From positions 1 through 64,000 of the forward strand of contig QCUR01000006.1 in the NCBI GenBank assembly GCA_003208875.1: a stretch of 64,000 bases of DNA, given 5' to 3'. Each line of letters starts with the position of its first letter. Within the stretch, counting starts at the first letter, position 1. Shown here piece after piece: positions 26,280 to 36,036 of the stretch. Both the position numbers and the translations under genes were made by a program. The DNA comes from Prochlorococcus sp. AG-679-M23 (GTDB lineage: Bacteria; Cyanobacteriota; Cyanobacteriia; PCC-6307; Cyanobiaceae). The notes under the pieces are model-generated. The model was not told where the DNA came from. It saw nothing but the letters and a program-made list of their open reading frames with translations, and ran no database searches.

Positions 26280-26450
26280 TTAATTATCCCATTGTTTAGA
26301 AATAAATATCAGAAAACTCTCAATGTCTTCTTCTGGGCAATCAGTTTGATTTTTTAAATTAATACATGTTTGTTTTATCGTTTCGAAGGCTTCTTTGACA
26401 GTTTCGTTTTTTTTGATAACTTCGAAGTATTCCTTGTCAGTGAAAGTCAT
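26280..26450 (-). CDS. 56-aa hypothetical protein (CPxE...WD family)
   Basis: MTFTDKEYFEVIKKNETVKEAFETIKQTCINLKNQTDCPEEDIESFLIFISKQWDN. Confidence 0.7.
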   Translation of the reverse strand: MTFTDKEYFEVIKKNETVKEAFETIKQTCINLKNQTDCPEEDIESFLIFISKQWDN

Positions 26451-26537
26451 AAAAAATATATGTTTTTACAATTAATTTACTAATTTATATTAGCTTAAAG
26501 AACAAAATTAGTTAATTTATGGGAATATTTTTTAAAT

Positions 26538-26816
26538 CTATTCCCCTAATCTAAAGTGTTTTTTTATACTTTTAATTATTTGCCATTCGCAAGAAAGTCC
26601 TTCAGGAAATTCAACTAAGTCTCCTGATTTAATTAAGTAACTTTCTTCAGCTTCAGTCTTAATTTTTGCTTCACCTTCAATTATGTAACAAATTTCTTTT
26701 TCCCTGTAAATCCAAGAGAAATTAGATGGTTCGCGCTCCCAAATAGGCCAATTCTTTATTCCGTACTGAATTATTAAACTGGCGCTGCATGGCGATTTGA
26801 TAAGAACTTTCACCAT
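26538..26816 (-). CDS. Cupin (DUF861-like)
   Basis: WPIW..EPS.F.W.Y, E.CYIIEG, GDLV.FP.G. Confidence 0.88.
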   Translation of the reverse strand: MVKVLIKSPCSASLIIQYGIKNWPIWEREPSNFSWIYREKEICYIIEGEAKIKTEAEESYLIKSGDLVEFPEGLSCEWQIIKSIKKHFRLGE

Positions 26817-26936
26817 AAAAATACTTAAGTACAGTTATTATAATTAATCGTCAATTTAAATTATATTTGAACAATGTTAATTAATTTACAAATTTTTATT
26901 TATTTTTCTATTAGTATCTAATAAATATTTTTATCA

Positions 26937-27071
26937 ATGGACGAGCTTTCAGCCCTTTCTATTTCAATATCAATTGCTTCACTTGGGATATATTGTTTAT
27001 TTTTTGCTTCAAGTGATGATGATGATCAAGATGGAGGTCACTTAGTAAAGTCGGCTCAAAAAATCAATTAA
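26937..27071 (+). CDS. 44-aa TM protein with acidic DDDDQDGG tail
   Basis: MDELSALSISISIASLGIYCLFFASSDDDDQDGGHLVKSAQKIN. Confidence 0.7.
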   Translation: MDELSALSISISIASLGIYCLFFASSDDDDQDGGHLVKSAQKIN

Positions 27072-27266
27072 TTTAGGTAAATAATATATTTAATAAGGAC
27101 TTATAACCTATAAAGCCAGCATATATGCATGATAAGAAAATTAAATATACTTCAAAGATTCCAAGTGTCTTTTTCTTTAGAACTTTCATATTGAATAACG
27201 TTTCTAAGATTATTTTATTGATTGTTTTTTCTATTAACATGAGTATTTATTACATGGATTTATCTT

Positions 27267-28142
27267 TCATATAATTATTAGACATAAACCTAAAAATAAT
27301 AATAGTGTAAAGAATATTATACCTTTTGTTATCTGTCTTTCTTCTTTAGTTGCGAAAAAAAGAGAAATTACGGGGGAGGTACTAAGTAAAGTCCAACCTA
27401 TGCCTAAAGGTAGAGTCTTGAAAACAATTTGTTGAAGCAATATGCCTAAATTTGTTCCTAATAATATTGAGAGTAAAAATCTTTTTTGATCATTAAAATC
27501 TAATTTCTTTAAGAAAAATTTAATTCTAAATTTTTTTATTATTATTAAAAATATTATTGCTCCAAGTAACCTGATCTCTGTTGTTTGGAAAGGAGATAGA
27601 TTGCTTTCTAAAAATACTTTTCGAGATAAAAGCCCTCCTAACACAGCACATAAAACTGATAAAAATGGAAATATATAAACGCTTAGATTATTTCGTTCTG
27701 TAATGTTGGTCAAACTATTAACTATAAGATTAGTTCTCTGCCTAAGTAGAATGAAAAGGGAAATTGATATAATTAAAATACCTAGATAAGACTTTAATGC
27801 TAGGTTTTCATTAATAAAAATTTCACCAGATAATGCGGCTAATATTGGAGATAATGCTTCAATAGATAAAGTTCTTCTAGTACCAATTAGTTGCAATGAC
27901 TTTATATAAAAAGTATCTCCTAAACCTATTCCTATAACTCCACTTAATAAAAGAGTAATAATAGATTTTAAATCATTTAAAACACTGAGATTGATAAATG
28001 CAGGAAGAAAAACTAGAAATGCGATTATATTTTTTACTAAATTAATATCTATGGATTTATACTTTTCGGTTTGTGAACGCCATATGAAACATGCATAAGT
28101 CCATGATATTGCTGCTCCAAAGGCCGAAAAAATTCCAATCAA
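27267..28142 (-). CDS. DMT/EamA-family transporter
   Basis: About 10 TM helices, SG.IGIGLGDTFY. Confidence 0.88.
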   Translation of the reverse strand: MIGIFSAFGAAISWTYACFIWRSQTEKYKSIDINLVKNIIAFLVFLPAFINLSVLNDLKSIITLLLSGVIGIGLGDTFYIKSLQLIGTRRTLSIEALSPILAALSGEIFINENLALKSYLGILIISISLFILLRQRTNLIVNSLTNITERNNLSVYIFPFLSVLCAVLGGLLSRKVFLESNLSPFQTTEIRLLGAIIFLIIIKKFRIKFFLKKLDFNDQKRFLLSILLGTNLGILLQQIVFKTLPLGIGWTLLSTSPVISLFFATKEERQITKGIIFFTLLLFLGLCLIII

Positions 28143-28525
28143 AACTAATAACTTTAAAAATTTTTTACTTTATAAATTGTGTTATTGCTAAAAAGAAAAC
28201 GTATAGAAGAATAATAAAACCCGGCAGATACTGTATTAAAGACTTTAATTTGTTAGTTTCCATGATATTTAAATTTGATATTTATATTTAAATAATATAA
28301 AGTCTTCATACAGTCATTAGAAGCAGATAATTTAAGAAATTAACATAAGGTTTAATACTAAAATTTTGTAAGGTGATTTATAAATAAGAAAATTTATAAT
28401 AATTCATCAAAAAATTTATATTTTTCATATTTATATCTGAAAGCAGTAAGTATTATGTTGAATCAATCACCAAGCAATTACTTTAATTTAATAATTATCT
28501 AATATAAAAATAAATTATCAATAAT

Positions 28526-28678
28526 ATGGAATTAATTAATAGAAATGATGTTTCGCTGGGTCTTGCACCATTTGACATATTAGGCTTTAAATCCGAAGAA
28601 GAACTTAACTTGGAAATTTCAAAGCTTATTAAGGCTAGAAGCGAATTCGATACTAAAAATAAAATAAATTCTAATTAA
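28526..28678 (+). CDS. 50-aa hypothetical protein
   Basis: MELINRNDVSLGLAPFDILGFKSEEELNLEISKLIKARSEFDTKNKINSN. Confidence 0.55.
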   Translation: MELINRNDVSLGLAPFDILGFKSEEELNLEISKLIKARSEFDTKNKINSN

Positions 28679-28706
28679 TACTTCTGAAAGTTTGATACAA
28701 AAATTT

Positions 28707-28943
28707 TTAAAAATTATTTTTTCTACTTGGATATAAACTTTCTAACTTTCTTCTTCTTTCGGTCTTTGCGTTAATTCTCTCTTCTTTCTCTTTTTTCTTT
28801 ATTTCATCGTTTATTTTGTTTTGTCTATAACCTATCCAAAGAAGTACCCAAATTACTGAAGTTAATAACAAAAGAGCAGTATATTGGCCCGTCATTGGAA
28901 AGCTGGCTTCAGAATATTTGACGTAGGAAAATAAATTAACCAT
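28707..28943 (-). CDS. Small TM plus charged-tail protein
   Basis: One TM helix, basic/acidic helical tail; start may be the internal Met. Confidence 0.6.
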   Translation of the reverse strand: MVNLFSYVKYSEASFPMTGQYTALLLLTSVIWVLLWIGYRQNKINDEIKKKEKEERINAKTERRRKLESLYPSRKNNF

Positions 28944-29135
28944 CTAACTAAAATAATATATAAAAAATATTTGCGTGTTTATATAAACTATAAAATTTAA
29001 AATGTCTTTAATTTATTATTCTCCATATTTCAAGATAATTTAGTCTAAGAGTTGAATTTTTTATTTAAAAACGTTTTTTTTTAATAAAATTGAATTGCTA
29101 TCATCAGATTAAGGAAATATTGAGAGCTTACATTT

Positions 29136-30380
29136 TTGAACCCTTTTGATTTAGTAGTAGTTGGTGGTGGAGCTGCAGGTTTCATGACGGCAGTAACAGC
29201 CGCCGAAAATGGTGTTAAAAGGATAATAATTCTTGAAGGCTCCTCAAAGCTTATGGAGAAAGTAAGAATAAGTGGAGGTGGTAGATGCAATGTAACTAAT
29301 GCATCATGGATACCGAGAGAGTTAGCAGAAAATTATCCTCGAGGTGGTATTAAGCTTTTGGAATCATTTAATCGTTTTGCCGCTGGAGATGTATTTGATT
29401 GGTTTGAGAAAAGAGGTTTGAATTTAAAGATTGAAGCTGATAATAGAGTATTTCCAGTATCTGATTCATCTTTAGATGTAATAAGTTGCTTAAAAAAAAA
29501 TGCAATAAATAAAGGTGTAGAGATATCAACTAAATTTTTTGTTAAAGAAATTTTAAAAACTTCAGATAACCTTTTTACTATTTTCAATAGTGAAAAAATT
29601 TCGATAATTGCAAAAAATATTATTCTCTCTACTGGAGGCCATCCTAGTGGACATAAATTAGCTAAAAATTTTGGCCACAGCATAATAAGACCTGTTCCTT
29701 CCCTTTTTACTTTCTCCACAAAAGAAACAAAATTGAATGAGTGTAGTGGTGTCTCTATTAAAAATATAGATATTGAAATTCAACTAAATAACAAATCTTT
29801 CAAAAATAGAGGAGATTTACTTATAACTCATTGGGGATTTAGCGGCCCTGCTGTCCTAAAGCTCTCTTCGATAGCTGCGAGAGAATTGTTTGACCAAAAG
29901 TATAAATTTAATTTAATAATTAGATGGTCAAACCTTGAATATAAAGAGTTAAAAGAAAAAATTGATAACCTGAAATTTAACAATGGAAAATTAAACTTAA
30001 TTAATTTAAGACCTCTACCTTTGTTAACAAAAAGGTTGTGGGTGTTCTTATTAAATAAAATGGAAATTAATAAAGATAAGAAGTGGTCAGATCTTCTTGC
30101 AAATGAAAGAGAGAAAATGATAAATAGCCTATTGAAAGATAAATATATTATTTCTAGTAAAGGCCCCTTTGGAGAAGAATTTGTCACCTCTGGAGGTGTC
30201 TCAATCAATGAAGTTAATTTTAAAAGTATGGAAAGTTTAATATGTCCAGGTTTATTTTTTTCTGGTGAAGTTCTAGATGTTGATGGAATCACTGGGGGGT
30301 TCAATTTTCAACATTGTTGGACGAGCGGATGGCTTGCAGGACAGTCAGTCTCAAAGTTATGTGGCAAAGTAACAAATTAA
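29136..30380 (+). CDS. HI0933/BaiN-family flavoprotein
   Basis: GGGAAG, KVRISGGGRCNVTN, VTSGGV, GEVLDVDGITGGFNFQ. Confidence 0.93.
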   Translation: MNPFDLVVVGGGAAGFMTAVTAAENGVKRIIILEGSSKLMEKVRISGGGRCNVTNASWIPRELAENYPRGGIKLLESFNRFAAGDVFDWFEKRGLNLKIEADNRVFPVSDSSLDVISCLKKNAINKGVEISTKFFVKEILKTSDNLFTIFNSEKISIIAKNIILSTGGHPSGHKLAKNFGHSIIRPVPSLFTFSTKETKLNECSGVSIKNIDIEIQLNNKSFKNRGDLLITHWGFSGPAVLKLSSIAARELFDQKYKFNLIIRWSNLEYKELKEKIDNLKFNNGKLNLINLRPLPLLTKRLWVFLLNKMEINKDKKWSDLLANEREKMINSLLKDKYIISSKGPFGEEFVTSGGVSINEVNFKSMESLICPGLFFSGEVLDVDGITGGFNFQHCWTSGWLAGQSVSKLCGKVTN

Positions 30381-30447
30381 TAAGTTTATCTTCTTTTTAT
30401 TAAGTATTTATCGATAAAAGTTTTTTAAACGGAGATTAATTTTAAAG

Positions 30448-31218
30448 TTGAAAAACTCAAAAAGAATGATGCAAAATCTAATTCCTAAAAAGGAAGAAGA
30501 AGAAAGAAGGTTAAAAGCATTAGCTGAATATAGAATATTGGGGACTAAACCAGAATCCTGTTATGACGATATTACAAAAATAGCAGCTTCAACATGTAAT
30601 GTTCCGATATCTTTAATGACCTTAGTTGATAAAGATAAGCAATGGTTTAAGTCAAAAGTGGGCCTCGAAATTAATGAAACAAAAAGGGATTGGTCTTTTT
30701 GTACCCATGCTATTCAAGAAAATAGCCCATTAATTATTCAGGATGCTTTTCAGGATGAAAGATTTATCAATAATCCCTTAGTAACTGGAGATCCTAAAAT
30801 AAGGTTTTATGCTGGGTTTCCTCTTAAAAATAGAGATGGTAATAAACTTGGAACTTTATGTGTTATCGATCGGAAACCAGGTAATCTTTCTCCAAAACAA
30901 TTCAATGTAATGGAATTATTATCTAAGCAAATAGTTTCTTTTTTGGAGTTAAGAAAGAAATCTCTCAATTTATTAGAGGCTTTATCTAATTTACATAAAC
31001 AGGAGGGTATATTATCAGTCTGTTCATATTGCAGAGAAGTCAAAAATAATGATGGTGATTGGATGCATTTAGAAAAATATCTATCGAAAATAAGTGATAT
31101 TAGATTTAGTCATGGTGTTTGTGATGTTTGTATGGAAAAACATTTCCCAGATGTGGTTGAGGTCTGGAATAAAAAAGATTCTTTTCAGGAGGGACAAAAA
31201 AGGTTCCTGAAATCCTAA
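30448..31218 (+). CDS. GAF-domain protein with C-terminal CxxC/HGxCxxC module
   Basis: RL.AL..Y.IL, QWFKS, SFCTHAI, IRFYAG.PL, GTLCVID; VCSYC...FSHGVCDVC. Confidence 0.88.
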   Translation: MKNSKRMMQNLIPKKEEEERRLKALAEYRILGTKPESCYDDITKIAASTCNVPISLMTLVDKDKQWFKSKVGLEINETKRDWSFCTHAIQENSPLIIQDAFQDERFINNPLVTGDPKIRFYAGFPLKNRDGNKLGTLCVIDRKPGNLSPKQFNVMELLSKQIVSFLELRKKSLNLLEALSNLHKQEGILSVCSYCREVKNNDGDWMHLEKYLSKISDIRFSHGVCDVCMEKHFPDVVEVWNKKDSFQEGQKRFLKS

Positions 31219-31297
31219 AATCTAAAAATTATTTTTTTACTGATGGCATTTTTGGACGAATATATATTTAAATAGCTAGTATTGTATAAATTTAGAC

Positions 31298-31789
31298 TTG
31301 CAAATGTTACTAGGGACTTTATTTACGGGTGAAATAGCTAAAAGTGCATTAGTTGCTTATATCCATTACCTGGGAATCATACTTTGTTTTGGATCTCTTT
31401 TATTTGAAAGGCTGACTTTAAAAGTTGATCTTAATAGAAACCAAACTATTTCAATGGTTGTTGCTGACGTTATTTATGGCTTAGCTGGGGTTGCAATATT
31501 GGTTACTGGAATTTTACGGGTTAAATATTTTGGACAAGGAGGTGATTTTTATACAGAAAATCCAATTTTTTGGATTAAAGTATCTTTATATATTTTGGTT
31601 GGATTATTATCTTTATACCCAACAACAACTTATATTTTGTGGGCGATACCATTGAGTAAAAATAAATTACCTGTGATCTCAGAAAAACTTGTAAAAAGAT
31701 TTAGATTTATTATTACAACTGAATTAGTAGGTTTTGCAACTATCCCTCTTTTCGCGACTTTAATGGCGAGAGGAGTGGGTCTAGGTTGA
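31298..31789 (+). CDS. DUF2214 membrane protein
   Basis: AYIHYL, D..YG, FW.K, SLYPT, ATLMARGVG. Confidence 0.85.
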   Translation: MQMLLGTLFTGEIAKSALVAYIHYLGIILCFGSLLFERLTLKVDLNRNQTISMVVADVIYGLAGVAILVTGILRVKYFGQGGDFYTENPIFWIKVSLYILVGLLSLYPTTTYILWAIPLSKNKLPVISEKLVKRFRFIITTELVGFATIPLFATLMARGVGLG

Positions 31790-31799
31790 AAAAATCTTT

Positions 31800-32336
31800 A
31801 TGGAAAGAAGTTGTTTAATAAGTACAAATAAAGAATATAGATGGAGTTTAAGTTTTAAAATAAACAAATCAAAAAAAGAGATAATTTTCATAGGTTTAAA
31901 TCCATCCCTTTCAGATTTAAAATATATTGATAATACAACGATGAAAATAATCAAAATCTGCAAAAACTATAATTATGGAAATATTAAAATAATAAATCTA
32001 TTCGCTTTAATTTCCAAAACTCCTGATAAATTATTCACTCATAAGAAACCTGTTGGCTATTTAAACAATAAGTTTATAAATAAAAGTTTAAGATATTGGT
32101 CTGAAAATAAAAATTGTCATTTGTGGTTGGGCTGGGGCAACAAAGGGATCTTTCTAAATAGAAATTACAAAATTTCTAAAAAAATAAAAAATTTTTATTC
32201 AATAAAAAAAGATTATTTTGTTAATCCTTTAGGTCCGCTTTTTATAAAAAAAACAAAAAAACAAAATCCTATACACCCTTTATATTGTCCTGATAATTCA
32301 GTACTTCAATCAGAATCTTCATTAAATTTCTCGTAA
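31800..32336 (+). CDS. DUF1643 family protein
   Basis: YRWSL, FIGLNPS, NLFA, GWG, P.HPLY. Confidence 0.85.
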   Translation: MERSCLISTNKEYRWSLSFKINKSKKEIIFIGLNPSLSDLKYIDNTTMKIIKICKNYNYGNIKIINLFALISKTPDKLFTHKKPVGYLNNKFINKSLRYWSENKNCHLWLGWGNKGIFLNRNYKISKKIKNFYSIKKDYFVNPLGPLFIKKTKKQNPIHPLYCPDNSVLQSESSLNFS

Positions 32337-32401
32337 TTTAATAAGAGCTAATGCTATTCTTTTAAAAATATGTTAACTTTTAGGAAAATATAAAATATGA
32401 G

Positions 32402-32530
32402 ATGAAAATCTCTAAACAATTACAAAAGCTAAAGAATTTAAATGTTAAAGCAGAAAACTGTTTAACAAGAGATGAGGCAAAAAAAATTATTAGTAAAGCA
32501 ACCAAGGCACAAAGTAAAATAACTTTCTAA
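32402..32530 (+). CDS. 42-aa helical microprotein
   Basis: MKISKQLQKLKNLNVKAENCLTRDEAKKIISKATKAQSKITF. Confidence 0.7.
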   Translation: MKISKQLQKLKNLNVKAENCLTRDEAKKIISKATKAQSKITF

Positions 32531-32625
32531 ACATAATTTTCTAATTTTCATTTCTCTCAACTCCTATAATTGGAGTCCTTCCGAAAGATAAATAAAAGTT
32601 TTATAAATTTTTCATAAACAATTAG

Positions 32626-33357
32626 ATGGCTTTAAATATTCTCAAGTTCAGAAAATCTAATGAAAGATTTAAATCAAATAGAGAATGGCTTGATTCAAAA
32701 CACTCATTTTCTTTTGCAGAACACAGGGATCCAATCTGGGATAATTTTGGAAAAATTAGAGTAATTAATGAAGATATAATTTCTCCAAATTCAGGATTTA
32801 ATACTCACTCTCATTCGAATATGGAGATAGTCACAATAGTTATAAAAGGAGAGATTACACATAGAGATTCATTAAATAATTTAGGAATAATTCATGAAGA
32901 TGAAGTGCAGGTTATGTCTGCAGGAACAGGTATTACTCATAGTGAAAAAAATGAAAAAAATACAGATTGCAAATTATTTCAGATATGGATATATCCGGAT
33001 ATTCAAGATCTCACGCCTTCATATAATCAAATTTCGATTAAGAATACTTCTGGGAATAATTTGATTATTGATTCTTTAAAAAAAAACAAATGTCCGCTTT
33101 TTATAAATCAAGATATAACTATATGGCGATGTAAATATAACCTTTTAAACAAAAAATATTTACCTTCAGAAGTAGAAAAATTTAATTGGATTCAAATAAT
33201 AGAAGGTGATTTGTTAGTAAGAGATAAAAATAATAAATCAAGTAAAAAGCTTTCTTCTGGCGACGGTTTGGGATTTGAGATTTCTGATTTCAGCGATATA
33301 GATATTCAATCAGATAGCTACGTCGATATGCTTTTATTCTCTATGCCAAAACTATAA
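32626..33357 (+). CDS. Pirin-like bicupin
   Basis: WLDS.HSFSF, RVINED, HSH.NMEI, H.DS, MSAGTG..HSE. Confidence 0.92.
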   Translation: MALNILKFRKSNERFKSNREWLDSKHSFSFAEHRDPIWDNFGKIRVINEDIISPNSGFNTHSHSNMEIVTIVIKGEITHRDSLNNLGIIHEDEVQVMSAGTGITHSEKNEKNTDCKLFQIWIYPDIQDLTPSYNQISIKNTSGNNLIIDSLKKNKCPLFINQDITIWRCKYNLLNKKYLPSEVEKFNWIQIIEGDLLVRDKNNKSSKKLSSGDGLGFEISDFSDIDIQSDSYVDMLLFSMPKL

Positions 33358-33360
33358 TAT

Positions 33361-33675
33361 TTAGTCTAAAGAGTCTTTTTTGAATGCGTTTAGTGCTTGT
33401 AATGCCATATTTAGATGAACTTCCATAGCACCCAACGCAATTAAGGAATTAGAAGATTTATTTTTTAATAAGTTTTTATTTCGCTTAGAAATTGTCTTAA
33501 TAACATCTTTAGTTACGATCTCCCAATTATTTATTAATTCATCAAATTCTTGTTTTTCTAAGCTTTCAGTATTTTTTTTATCATCAGAGGCATTAAGATC
33601 TTTTTGTGCATTTAGCATCAAATAAGTTAATTTTTTATGGCTTATTGCTTGAGGTAAATTGTTAGATTCACTCAT
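33361..33675 (-). CDS. Hypothetical protein
   Basis: 104-aa ORF, ALGAMEVHLNMALQAL. Confidence 0.75.
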   Translation of the reverse strand: MSESNNLPQAISHKKLTYLMLNAQKDLNASDDKKNTESLEKQEFDELINNWEIVTKDVIKTISKRNKNLLKNKSSNSLIALGAMEVHLNMALQALNAFKKDSLD

Positions 33676-33776
33676 GTTTCTTTCAAATTACTATTTAAAA
33701 TGTAACTAAATAAGAGGAAATTTGCTAGTAGTGGATTGGTTGTAATGACCGACCTGGTATTAGTCCAACTAAATTT

Positions 33777-35198
33777 TTAATGCCCGAAAAACTTTATATT
33801 GAATTTTTCATGGATTAATTTTTTAAAAATATCTCCTCTTTGTTCATAGTCTCTAAATTGATCAAAACTCGAACATGAAGGAGAAAATAATAAAGTTTCA
33901 GCTTGATTATTTTTTATATAAGAATAGGCGTAGTTGATCACTTCTGAAAGATCATTAAAAGTTAAAATATCATTCTTAAATCCTCCCTCAAGGATCAATT
34001 TTTTTAAGGTTTGCGAGCTTTCGCCAAAAAGAAATACAGCTTTTGCTTTTTTATTAATAATCTTTACCCACTCAATAGAATCGCCATTTTTTAACCTACC
34101 CCCAGAAATTATTATGGGGAAACCTTTAATTGCATTTATACCTGCTACGGAAGAGTCAAAATTGGTAGCCTTGCTATCATTAATTATTTCGAGTTCATCA
34201 TGTTGGAATATTGTCTCCATTCTATGGGGAAGTTGTTCATAGCTAAGTAAAGCATTCTCTATTCTTTCAGGGGATAATCCAATTTTCCTTGCAGCTGCTA
34301 CAGCTAATAATAGATTTTGAGTGTTATGATTACCTTTCAATTTAAAATTCTTTAAACTCAGTAATTTTTCCCTTCTTTCTACAATAAAGTGTTCATTATT
34401 TATCCAATAATCACAGTGATCTGAATCTGATTCTTTAGAATTAGTAGTTATCCATATTCCATTTAAAAGTGATTTGAAATTTTCTTTTAAATATTTATCG
34501 TCGTAATTATAAATTCTAAATTCTGATTGTTTTAGTAAGCTATTTTTTATCTTGAAATAATTATCAAGTGTTTTGTGACGGTCAAGATGGTCGGGAGTAA
34601 ATGTTGTCCAAATTCCAATTTTAGGTTTAATGCAATGTGTCGCTATTTCTATTTGAAAACTGCTTAATTCAGCGACTATCCAATCAATATTTTTGCTTTC
34701 TGTTGAGTAAGCAATTTCGCATAATGGAGTCCCAATATTGCCTGCAAATGGGGCTAATAAATTATTTTCTCTTAGTATATGACTTAATAAGTGAGTAACT
34801 GTGGTTTTCCCGTTAGTACCCGTAATCCCAATCCAATTTATATTCTTTAAACTTTCCCATGCGATATTTATTTCCCCTATTACAACGATTCCTCGTTCTT
34901 TAAGTTTGATTATTGTTTTATGGTCAAAGGGTATAGCTGGACTTACAACAATAGACTCAATTTGTTTAAGAAATGTAGAGAACTCATCAAATAAAAATTG
35001 TTTATTTAAACAAACAGATATATCGAGTTTTTCTAGTATCTCCTTTGTTTCTAAAAGTTCTTTATTTTCTTTACTTTCCCAGACAATAACTCTCTTTCCA
35101 ATACTTCTTAAATACTTTGCTGCCCAAAAACCAGATCTTCCTAACCCAATAACAAAATTTATTTTTTCTTCCTTTTTTGAATTATTTTTAATAGGCAT
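33777..35198 (-). CDS. murD: UDP-MurNAc-L-Ala:D-Glu ligase
   Basis: [37 protein letters not shown]. Confidence 0.96.
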   Translation of the reverse strand: MPIKNNSKKEEKINFVIGLGRSGFWAAKYLRSIGKRVIVWESKENKELLETKEILEKLDISVCLNKQFLFDEFSTFLKQIESIVVSPAIPFDHKTIIKLKERGIVVIGEINIAWESLKNINWIGITGTNGKTTVTHLLSHILRENNLLAPFAGNIGTPLCEIAYSTESKNIDWIVAELSSFQIEIATHCIKPKIGIWTTFTPDHLDRHKTLDNYFKIKNSLLKQSEFRIYNYDDKYLKENFKSLLNGIWITTNSKESDSDHCDYWINNEHFIVERREKLLSLKNFKLKGNHNTQNLLLAVAAARKIGLSPERIENALLSYEQLPHRMETIFQHDELEIINDSKATNFDSSVAGINAIKGFPIIISGGRLKNGDSIEWVKIINKKAKAVFLFGESSQTLKKLILEGGFKNDILTFNDLSEVINYAYSYIKNNQAETLLFSPSCSSFDQFRDYEQRGDIFKKLIHEKFNIKFFGH

Positions 35199-35232
35199 TA
35201 AATTTATAATTAAATTGAAGACTAGAAATTAA

Positions 35233-35496
35233 ATGGTCTATTTAATTATGAAAAATTCTTTAAAAACTAATCTAATTTCTAAATTAAAATTAATAAACGT
35301 CTTTTTAATTATTTTTGGATTTAATTTAATAGATATTGAATTGAAAGCTCATCTTAGAGGTTCTTATTCAACTGAAAGTGAAGCCAAAGAAAAAGCTAAA
35401 GACCTTGGTTGCTCTGGAACATTTAAAATAAAAGAAATGTGGATGGCTTGTGAAAGTGAAAAAGATCTTCACAAATACCTTAGAAAAAACAAATAA
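35233..35496 (+). CDS. DUF3721-like small exported protein
   Basis: Y.T..EA..KA..LGC.G.....WMAC. Confidence 0.7.
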   Translation: MVYLIMKNSLKTNLISKLKLINVFLIIFGFNLIDIELKAHLRGSYSTESEAKEKAKDLGCSGTFKIKEMWMACESEKDLHKYLRKNK

Positions 35497-35765
35497 TGTT
35501 TAAAACTAAAACAAGAAAACTTCACAGAAGTATTACTCTAATAGCAGTAATTCCATTATTAATAACCGTTCTTAGTGGAAGCTTATATTCTTTATTTCAA
35601 TATTTTGGATTGGATTTCTTTTGGCTTATGAAAATTCATACTGGAAATTTTTTCTTTATAAATCTACAACCTCTTTTTACACCTGTTGTAGGTTTATTAA
35701 CAATATTTGCAATAATTTCTGGTTTATTTTTATTTCCTAGATCTAAAATTAAATACCCAGATTAA
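35496..35765 (+). CDS. PepSY-associated TM-like small membrane protein
   Basis: RKLHR, PL..T.LSG, LMKIH.G; overlaps the upstream stop. Confidence 0.7.
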   Translation: MFKTKTRKLHRSITLIAVIPLLITVLSGSLYSLFQYFGLDFFWLMKIHTGNFFFINLQPLFTPVVGLLTIFAIISGLFLFPRSKIKYPD

Positions 35766-35769
35766 TTAA

Positions 35770-36036
35770 ATGAAAGAAAATATTACTGAATTATGGTTTT
35801 CTTGGTTCTATAAAAATTGGGAGAAAAATGCTCCGGGTAATTTGATTGATAAGGGCTTATCTCCATCACAAATTGCAGAGAGATTTGTAAATGAAAATCA
35901 TAAAGAATTTTTGAAAATAGCCAATAAATTTGATGAAGATAATTATCAGGCTTTAAATGAATTTATGAAACTTTCAGAAAGTGAATTGCATATTCTAAAA
36001 TATTTTTTGAAGTTAATAAAACTAAAAAACTTATAA
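35770..36036 (+). CDS. Hypothetical protein (paralog of 23880-24215)
   Basis: Aligns by eye over about 80 aa. Confidence 0.75.
   Translation: MKENITELWFSWFYKNWEKNAPGNLIDKGLSPSQIAERFVNENHKEFLKIANKFDEDNYQALNEFMKLSESELHILKYFLKLIKLKNL

Noticed and set aside
9000..28700. Yfr1-type ACTCCTCACAC or Yfr2-type repeated GGAAAC motifs
   Set aside because: Not found by eye, so the candidate sRNAs were not assigned to these families
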